Origin: Candidatus Bathyarchaeia archaeon
Lineage (GTDB): Archaea > Thermoproteota > Bathyarchaeia > 40CM-2-53-6
DNA: 64,000 nt
NCBI GenBank assembly: GCA_049517415.1
Contig: JBEKSC010000001.1
Span: 159,146 to 223,145, forward strand
Direction: 5' to 3'
Every line of letters starts with the position of its first letter. The first letter of the stretch is position 1. Below, piece by piece: positions 57,134-64,000 of the stretch. Made by a program: the position numbers and the translations under genes. Under the pieces are notes generated by a model that worked only from the letters and a program-made list of their open reading frames with translations, searched no databases and had not been told where the DNA came from.

Positions 57134-57934
57134 ATGAAAGCGGTTGTAAACGGCAGGGAGATTTTCTACGTTGAGGCAGGTATCTCAAAAGCAGCGCCTA
57201 TCGTTCTGATTCACGGCTTTCCCTTCAGCCATGAAATGTGGGACCCGCAAATTGAAGCCCTACAGAAACGGCTTCGAGTTTTCGCTTACGACCTTCGTGG
57301 GCATGGAAGGAGTGGCGTTGGCGATGGGCAGTATACGCTTGAATTCTTTGTAGACGACCTTCTCGTACTGCTTGACCACCTAAAGATTGAGAGAGCAGTG
57401 CTTTGCGGTTTATCGATGGGCGGATACATTGCGCTAAGGACCGTTGAGAGAAACCCTGAGAGGATTCAGGGGCTGATTCTTGCTGACACGCAAGCGAAGG
57501 CGGATTCTAACGAAGCCAAGTTGAAACGCGCGGCCGCAATCAAATCCGTCAAAGCCAACGGCGTCAAGGCTTACGCAGAGGGCTTCGTGAAGTCTGTCTT
57601 CGCCCCACAGACCTTTACCAACAACAAGGCTATCGTTGAGAAGATTAGGAAGACAATTGAGGCGAATTCTTCCCTCGGCATATGCGGAGCATTGTTGGCT
57701 TTAGCGAGTAGAACAGATACAACTGAGGCGCTGTCGGGCATTAAAGCTCCAACGCTCATTTTAGTTGGCGAATATGACGCGCTTACGCCCCCCTTAGCTT
57801 CGCAGGAAATGCACAACAAAATTCCAAACTCTGAAATTCACGTGATCCCTAACGCCGCGCACATGAGCAATTTGGAGAATTCCGACGATTTCAACAAACA
57901 CTTGTTAGATTTTCTTGGCAGATTGCAGATGTAG
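57134..57934 (+). CDS. Alpha/beta hydrolase (enol-lactonase-like)
   Basis: LIHGFP, DLRGHG, GLSMGG, GEYD, AAH. Confidence 0.92.
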   Translation: MKAVVNGREIFYVEAGISKAAPIVLIHGFPFSHEMWDPQIEALQKRLRVFAYDLRGHGRSGVGDGQYTLEFFVDDLLVLLDHLKIERAVLCGLSMGGYIALRTVERNPERIQGLILADTQAKADSNEAKLKRAAAIKSVKANGVKAYAEGFVKSVFAPQTFTNNKAIVEKIRKTIEANSSLGICGALLALASRTDTTEALSGIKAPTLILVGEYDALTPPLASQEMHNKIPNSEIHVIPNAAHMSNLENSDDFNKHLLDFLGRLQM

Positions 57935-57994
57935 TTCAGATTGGGGAAGGCTCTGTCCCAGGTAACACGAATTTGCCTCCGGCTTGCTTCCTCA

Positions 57995-59122
57995 TCATTC
58001 TACTGCCGTTACTGGAACCGCCGGCATTAGCTTCTCGGAAATCTTCCGTAAGAGGTTTGCTAGGTTAGCTCCTGTTTTCGAACTTATTTCCAGTATTTCA
58101 TCGTTTCCGAATATCTTGCGAGTTTCCTCGAGTACCTTGTCCAAGTGTTCACGTGTCGCAAGGTCCACTTTGTTTATGCAGATTAGTACTGGAACGCCGT
58201 GGATTTCTTTATTCATTATCTCATGCGAGGCCGTGACCTTTCGTATTACTGTTTCAATTTCCTCACTGCCGTCAACGAAGAGGAGGATTAAGTCCGAATT
58301 TGCGAGTTCATTTAATGAAGTGTGAAAGGCGTTGAGCAGAAGGGGGCTAAGGTCATCGATGAATCCAATTGAATCAATCATGATGAAGGAATCATCAGAG
58401 TCCCCCTTTGTGTGCAGGGAGACTTTTCGGGCAAATGTGGAGAGCGTCGTAAAGGGTCCCAAGCCAATGTCCTTCGATTCTGACGCGAGTCTGTTGAATA
58501 GCGTAGTCTTACCGCTTTGTGTATAACCTGTTAAGGACACGATTCGAAAACCAGCCTTTCCTCGTTGTTCGCGAAGCTGTCCGCCCCTTGACCTCATATC
58601 GCGGAGCTTACTTTCGATTTTGCTTATCCGTTTGCGCGACATGGCCTCGTAGACTTCGTATGGGTACCGTCCCGGACCGCCCCGTCCCATCTGTTCGCTA
58701 ATGATTCCACGCATTCGAATGGATTCTCTGCCCCAAGAAAACGTGTACCGCAACCTAGCCAATGCGATTTGCAGCTTAGCTTCTGGTGTAGCGTTGCGTT
58801 TTTCGAACACTTCTAGAACCAATAGGTTTCTGTCAAGAACATGGATTGCTTCGCCAAGTTTCTTCTTGATTCGGAACATTTGGCCTGCCGAAAGCTGTCG
58901 GGTGAAAATTACTGCCTCGATTGAATCCTTTGCTACGATCTTGGCGACTTCCTCAATTTTTCCTTCCCCTACGCAAAATGCGGAATCCACGAAGTCACGA
59001 TGCTGTACAACTTGGCCTACCACATTGTAACCCGCAGCCTTCGCTATGTCGCTAACTTCATCAATTCGAGGTTTAGTGCGTCGGACGATGCACTCTACGA
59101 GAAGCGCTTTCAGATTCAACAC
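57995..59122 (-). CDS. hflX: GTPase HflX
   Basis: EAKLQIALARLRY, GGPG, GYTQSGKTT, FTTL, DSIGF, NKVD. Confidence 0.92.
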   Translation of the reverse strand: MLNLKALLVECIVRRTKPRIDEVSDIAKAAGYNVVGQVVQHRDFVDSAFCVGEGKIEEVAKIVAKDSIEAVIFTRQLSAGQMFRIKKKLGEAIHVLDRNLLVLEVFEKRNATPEAKLQIALARLRYTFSWGRESIRMRGIISEQMGRGGPGRYPYEVYEAMSRKRISKIESKLRDMRSRGGQLREQRGKAGFRIVSLTGYTQSGKTTLFNRLASESKDIGLGPFTTLSTFARKVSLHTKGDSDDSFIMIDSIGFIDDLSPLLLNAFHTSLNELANSDLILLFVDGSEEIETVIRKVTASHEIMNKEIHGVPVLICINKVDLATREHLDKVLEETRKIFGNDEILEISSKTGANLANLLRKISEKLMPAVPVTAVE

Positions 59123-59149
59123 AGACTTTTACTGTAGAACACGCCTTAT

Positions 59150-59284
59150 TCACTCAATGCTGAAACTCATTTTTCTAGCGGCCTCTACTCTGGCACATGT
59201 AACGCAGAGACCCTCCGTCGAGGGTAATCCGATAGAGTAGACAGGTGAGCCGCATTTCTTGCATCTTGCTTGAGTCATCACCAT
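59150..59284 (-). CDS. Zinc-finger microprotein
   Basis: MTQARCKKCG..GLCVTCAR, CxxC..CxxC. Confidence 0.55.
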   Translation of the reverse strand: MVMTQARCKKCGSPVYSIGLPSTEGLCVTCARVEAARKMSFSIE

Positions 59285-59426
59285 TACATCCTTCAAGGTC
59301 CTAATGTGGGTTGCTAAGTATAAGGACGAGGACCAATGCCCCCGTTTCACGGAGCCAATCAGCTCGAAACGAACCGCATTCTTGCTGATTATCTGAATAC
59401 TCTCGTCGAGGGAGCACGCTGCAGCA

Positions 59427-59654
59427 TCAATATTCTTGCATCTCGCGCACTACGCGTGAGGTAAGGTTGACCGTGGCGGTAAAGAAGAAGTTCTTCTCAC
59501 TAGCATGTTTTCGGTAGTTCCCCGTGACACCCATATCGCCCTTCGCGTCAGGGGACATCTGACCCTCAATTGCAAAATAATCCAGAACAGCCCCAAACTT
59601 AGCCTCAAGATAGCCTCTGAGCAACTGATCTAATTCGCTCGAATTCATGACCAC
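59427..59654 (-). CDS. Hypothetical protein
   Basis: 75 aa ORF, helix plus beta strands. Confidence 0.6.
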   Translation of the reverse strand: MVMNSSELDQLLRGYLEAKFGAVLDYFAIEGQMSPDAKGDMGVTGNYRKHASEKNFFFTATVNLTSRVVREMQEY

Positions 59655-59680
59655 ACCATTGGCCGCCCACGCTCATAATG

Positions 59681-60109
59681 CTAGCGACATATCCATTTCC
59701 GGCTAGGTTGACTGAGGGACAATTGTTCAGTCTTCATTGAACCTGAGTGTGGGATGCCTAGAAAGCGTAGCCGCGGTTCCTTCAGCTTCTCGAGAAGGTC
59801 AGCGATGTCCTGTTGTGCTTTCGCTATTGCTGTGATTACGTTTCTGGTTTCTTCCCAGTCTGCTTTGACCTCGTTCCTGAGTTTGGCTGCTTCAGGATCG
59901 TTCCCTTCGCAGACTCTCACCTTGGCCCCTAGGGCAAGCTTGATGACCGCCCAATTTTCCACCCGCTCCTGCGTCGGCTTCAACTGATCCCTAAGGCGAA
60001 TCGCTCTCTCAGAATTGCCGGCAGCGATCGCCTCATCCCTCTTCGGCGTTAGAGTTGCAAGTTCCAAGTTAGCGTTGCTAATCTTCAGCATGGCATCGTC
60101 CAGGCGCAT
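59681..60109 (-). CDS. Hypothetical coiled-coil protein (possibly a fragment)
   Basis: 142 aa helical ORF. Confidence 0.45.
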   Translation of the reverse strand: MRLDDAMLKISNANLELATLTPKRDEAIAAGNSERAIRLRDQLKPTQERVENWAVIKLALGAKVRVCEGNDPEAAKLRNEVKADWEETRNVITAIAKAQQDIADLLEKLKEPRLRFLGIPHSGSMKTEQLSLSQPSRKWICR

Positions 60110-60586
60110 TCTTGTCTCACAGACATGGTTCTCGCAACCATTAGTATGGGGACGTCATGCGTGAGAGTGTGCAAAAGAGTACATTGGCCCATGCTTCTGG
60201 GTTGTCACATGCAGGGCGTTGAACACCCCCCCTAGGGAGGTACTTACGGGTGCATTGCACATTGCCCTCTATGCTCAACGACGAGGTAGTTGGTCGCTGG
60301 CGACTAACTACTTGGTCATTTTACGCGTACCTTTCTCGAAGTAGACTGCGTATAGTAAGCTCGGCAGTTCTAATTGTGAGAGCACCATACCAGAGGATTA
60401 GAGCCTCCTTCTTCAGGAATGAGGAAGAAGGCAACGATTCACGAATGATTGTCTTTGATACGTCGACTGTGATTGTGACCTTGAAGAAGTGACAAAGATC
60501 GCAGATATAAGAATCCAATTTGTGTAGGGAGCATCAGTTCAGTTTTCCTTATATTCAGCCCACCGGAAAATTACTCTTGAAGCCCC

Positions 60587-60877
60587 ATGGCACTTATTGG
60601 GTATGAGTGGCTCATCGTAGTCGGAATCTTACTGGTAATTTTCCTCTGGGGACCACAGAAACTTCCCGAGCTGGCTAGGTCGATTGGCCTAGCGAAGAAA
60701 GAGTTCCAGAAGAGTGCTAAGGAAATATCATCAATCTCAAGCCCCACAACCTCAACAACAAAAGAGACCGAACAGGACCCACTTCTACTCGCCGCGAAAA
60801 GCATCGGCATAACCACAGAAGGCAAAACCAAAGAACAAATCGCGAAAGAAATAGCGGACAAAACCACACAGAAATAG
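60587..60877 (+). CDS. tatA: Twin-arginine translocase TatA/TatE subunit
   Basis: EWLIV..LWGPQKLPELARSIG..KEFQK. Confidence 0.92.
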   Translation: MALIGYEWLIVVGILLVIFLWGPQKLPELARSIGLAKKEFQKSAKEISSISSPTTSTTKETEQDPLLLAAKSIGITTEGKTKEQIAKEIADKTTQK

Positions 60878-61150
60878 CCTGACTCTGGAAAGTTCCGTCA
60901 AGTATTCGTTTGGTTAATTGACTCTCATCCTACTTGTGCCGCCACGGTTTCAGCGTATCTTTCGCGAATAGCTACCTAAGGAAGGGGCCCAGCAGATGCC
61001 CACGTGATTCATGAGCATGAAAATTCGCAGCGCTTTCCGCTGACGCTTTTCAAGGCCGACCGGTGTTAGGTTCCGTTTCCCTTACACAGAAGGATGATTC
61101 ATCCATCGAGGTTATAGGCAACTACGCGATGTAGTTAATTGATGGTCTAG

Positions 61151-61801
61151 TTGGGGAAAACACTTACGAAAAAATGTGGCTATGCTCTGCTCATCATTGC
61201 CTTAACTGTAGGGATAGTTGCAGTTGCGACGAACGGTAGCCTCGTCTTAGCCGATCTCTGTACTGCTCAGATTGGCTATCCCGTAATGGCAGCGCAACAA
61301 TACTACGGCTCAAACGTTCAAGTTACAGTACCCGTGTCAGCTACATGCTCCTTCTATGCCGGTCAGCTATACGCCGTCGGCACGGCTTACGATGCAACCT
61401 ACAACTCGAACGTTGGAACGGCAAACACAGCACTAAACGCAATAAACGGGGGCAACAGTTTCAGCGGACAACTCCAGTTTAACCTCCCAATATCTACACA
61501 AACACACTCAGTGCAGTTCTCAGTTTCAATTTACAATGCGCAAACTGGATATAATCAACCATACTACGGCGGTGCACCTCTAGCAATAATGTCAGAAACC
61601 TTCGTGGTTAGTCCCAGCAACTATCAGAGCAGCTATCCGTACAACCCACTGTACCCGAGCTACCCCTACTATCCAACCTACAATCACTATTATGCTCCAT
61701 ACCCGCACTATAATCCAAATCCAGGCAGCTACTACCATTATTACTACGGCAATTACAACCGACACTGTAACAACTGGAAGAATTCCTGCAACCATCACTA
61801 A
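61151..61801 (+). CDS. Secreted protein with Ig-like region and Tyr/Pro/His-rich tail
   Basis: Signal/TM helix, beta-rich core, YPYNPLYPSYPYYPTYNHYY tail. Confidence 0.7.
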   Translation: MGKTLTKKCGYALLIIALTVGIVAVATNGSLVLADLCTAQIGYPVMAAQQYYGSNVQVTVPVSATCSFYAGQLYAVGTAYDATYNSNVGTANTALNAINGGNSFSGQLQFNLPISTQTHSVQFSVSIYNAQTGYNQPYYGGAPLAIMSETFVVSPSNYQSSYPYNPLYPSYPYYPTYNHYYAPYPHYNPNPGSYYHYYYGNYNRHCNNWKNSCNHH

Positions 61802-62117
61802 AGCAACGAACATTCAATACTAGACTACCGCTCACTAAACTTCCCTTTTCTTAGAATCGCTCTACGGCTTACCAAAATCAGAACGCTCAAGATTGACAAG
61901 GGCGCGTGATCAATAGTGGGTATGCTGGTGGGCACTCAGCGTAACAGTACGATTCACGGGCAACAGGCACCTTAGGACCACCAACCACAACATCTCTCAT
62001 GAGTTTGTGAGCACTACTAGACCCACACACCATCACTACAACGCTATGCTAGAACGAGGGGAAGGTTCATCGATAGGGACCATGCGTATCTTACCTGTAT
62101 GATGGGCGGGGTAGGTT

Positions 62118-62495
62118 TTGAGCGAAGATGAGTGGAGACCCAGAAGGCCTGTGTGGGTTGGGTTGCTCGTCGCGTTGATTTTGGTTCCAATCGTGGTGTC
62201 CGCGGTACTCTACGTTCTTAGGCCGATGGGACGCGCTTACTTCCCGTTTATGGGGTATTATCCGTTCTTCTTCTTTCCGTTCGGTTGGGTCTTCGCGTTC
62301 CTGATACTGTTCTTCCTGTTGCGAATGATATTCTGGCCCTGGGGATGGGGTTCGCGTAGAAGGTATCGAGGATACCCATACGAGTATCACATCCTACGTG
62401 TCAGGTACGCTAGAGGAGAGATCACGAAGGAGCAATTCGACCAAATGACCCACGACCTACAAGAATCAAACCAGAAAACACAAAAGCCAACTTGA
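62118..62495 (+). CDS. SHOCT-domain membrane protein
   Basis: Two TMs then ILRVRYARGEITKEQF. Confidence 0.85.
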   Translation: MSEDEWRPRRPVWVGLLVALILVPIVVSAVLYVLRPMGRAYFPFMGYYPFFFFPFGWVFAFLILFFLLRMIFWPWGWGSRRRYRGYPYEYHILRVRYARGEITKEQFDQMTHDLQESNQKTQKPT

Positions 62496-62551
62496 CAGCG
62501 CTGAAACCATCGGTTGATCCGAGTAGCCAAACTCCCGCATCATTTTATCCA

Positions 62552-63052
62552 TCAATGGCACTTGAGGGTTTTCGCCATTTTCACAAAAATCTTCTCGCAA
62601 TCAGACGTCCCACCAATCGGCATCAACGCGTAGACCACGAAATACCTTGACGATTCAGAGCAGTGCACGTGAACGGAATGAGCTTCGCGTGGGTTTTTTC
62701 GCTTGCCGCTTAGAAATCCCACGGCGACCTCCTCAAACCTCGCGCGGTTGTAAAGTCCCTCATGCGAGTTCATCCTTAGTGAATCGTGGGAGATTAGTTC
62801 GAAGTTCTTCACCTTTCCAGCATTCTTAACTCTGTTAAGGCCGTGGTCAGCGTGTTTTTCGACTGTTCCGAAAGTTTTCGTGGCTTTTTCTAGATCTCCC
62901 CATGTGAGGAAGATTTTCACCTTATCAGGGAAATGAAATGCGACGTCGCCTTCGCCGCGTCTTGCCTTAGGGTTGAATTCGACGCGAACATCCTTTGGGT
63001 AATCGATTGAAAACCCGTAGACGCTAAACCGCTCAAAATCCTTCTCCATCAA
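62552..63052 (-). CDS. Hypothetical protein (PsbP/Mog1-like pattern)
   Basis: GFSIDYPKD N-terminal motif; C-terminal helix ending LKCH. Confidence 0.6.
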   Translation of the reverse strand: MMEKDFERFSVYGFSIDYPKDVRVEFNPKARRGEGDVAFHFPDKVKIFLTWGDLEKATKTFGTVEKHADHGLNRVKNAGKVKNFELISHDSLRMNSHEGLYNRARFEEVAVGFLSGKRKNPREAHSVHVHCSESSRYFVVYALMPIGGTSDCEKIFVKMAKTLKCH

Positions 63053-63404
63053 AGAACGACTCTCGCAACCTTCCGGAAGTTGTAGGCATGATTTTCTCGA
63101 ATAAGAGGATTGGGATTATGGTCGCAGCCAGTCAACATTAGGTGAGAAAGGAACACTCCAAATGCTTATTGTCCGAGTTCAGTTGAGGCTGTCTGCTTTG
63201 ACATTAGGGAAAGAGAAAAGCAAGAGGAAGTTTTACCGGATATTTTTTCGCAACTGACGTCCGCGCATCTGAGGTTGTCTTCGGAAAGTTCATCGCGGCT
63301 GCCAAGTTCTATAACTATACCAGGTTTCAACGTTTCTCTTGAAATCGGCCCGTTGGAACGGAAGTGCTTTATGAATAGTAAACGAATAGATAGCGGGTCG
63401 GATT

Positions 63405-64000
63405 TTGGAAGTAACCGTTCAACCTTACAGAATGTTCGTTGACGGCGAATGGGTTTCTTCAGAAAGTAAAGCCACTTATGATGTGATCAACCCCGCCACA
63501 ACTGAAGTTATCGCTAAAGTTCCGAAGGGCGACGCGAAGGACGCAGCTAGGGCGGTGGATGCCGCGCGTGAGGCCTTCGATAAAGGCCGCTGGCCCCGGA
63601 TGGCCCCTGCGGAACGCGCTGGCCTCATTATGAAATTAGCTGACGTAATCGAAAAGGAAGTTGATCGTCTCGCGCTTCTCGAAACCCAGCAGCAAGGTAA
63701 ACCTATCAAGCTTAGCCGCGATGGCGACTTCCCCTTCGCAATTGACAACATCCGCTTCTTCGCCGGTGCAGCTAGGTGCCTCGAAGGCAAGGCGAGCACG
63801 GAGTACAACGCGGTCGCTACTAGCATCATCAGACGCGAACCAGTCGGCGTCGTAGCCACAATTACACCATGGAACTACCCGTTCATGATGCTTGCGTGGA
63901 AAGCTGTTCCGCCACTCGCAGCGGGGAACACGGTTGTAATAAAACCCGCTAGTGTCACGCCGCTCACCACCCTGGAATTCGGGAAGCTAACAGAGAAAGC
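63405..64000 (+). CDS. Aldehyde dehydrogenase (runs off the window end; not in ORF track)
   Basis: Hand translation MFVDGEWV..INPAT..AVDAAREAF..REPVGVVATITPWNYP..LAAGNTVVIKPA. Confidence 0.93.
   Translation, partial: MEVTVQPYRMFVDGEWVSSESKATYDVINPATTEVIAKVPKGDAKDAARAVDAAREAFDKGRWPRMAPAERAGLIMKLADVIEKEVDRLALLETQQQGKPIKLSRDGDFPFAIDNIRFFAGAARCLEGKASTEYNAVATSIIRREPVGVVATITPWNYPFMMLAWKAVPPLAAGNTVVIKPASVTPLTTLEFGKLTEK

Noticed and set aside
633..63859. Numerous 60-180 aa ORFs antisense to or overlapping well-supported genes (e.g. 38714-39265, 48229-48741, 51599-52051, 63476-63859)
   Set aside because: Shadow ORFs with no motifs, fully explained by the real gene on the other strand or frame

Overview
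Archaeal chromosomal window, roughly 50% GC by eye. Gene content and style (HdrABC, LLM/F420-type enzymes, Dpo4-type DinB, membrane proteins with C-terminal zinc ribbons) suggest Bathyarchaeia, which is an inference. The left 40 kb looks like a nucleoside/purine uptake and anaerobic catabolism cluster: two divergent YgeW-like carbamoyltransferases, ThrC-like and CysK-like PLP enzymes, a nucleobase deaminase, a BMP-type nucleoside ABC importer, adenine deaminase, an LLM reductase, two complete xanthine-dehydrogenase-family complexes with embedded MoaD/SAMP proteins, and XdhC. A ~9.6 kb tyrosine-integrase element (~21.1-30.7 kb) splits this cluster. The element carries small unknown ORFs, a stand-alone Cas2/VapD-like gene, a Pepco-like gene and two surface proteins, one G1-peptidase-like. 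It also has six exact intergenic copies of a 10-bp motif (AAACCATAAA) in both orientations that bracket individual genes, a possible cassette/inversion system. The right 24 kb is mostly housekeeping (nfeD/stomatin, nth, hdrABC, dinB, hflX, tatA, ALDH) with several decayed genes. I found no rRNA, tRNA or CRISPR array. All family calls come from motif recognition by eye, not database searches.
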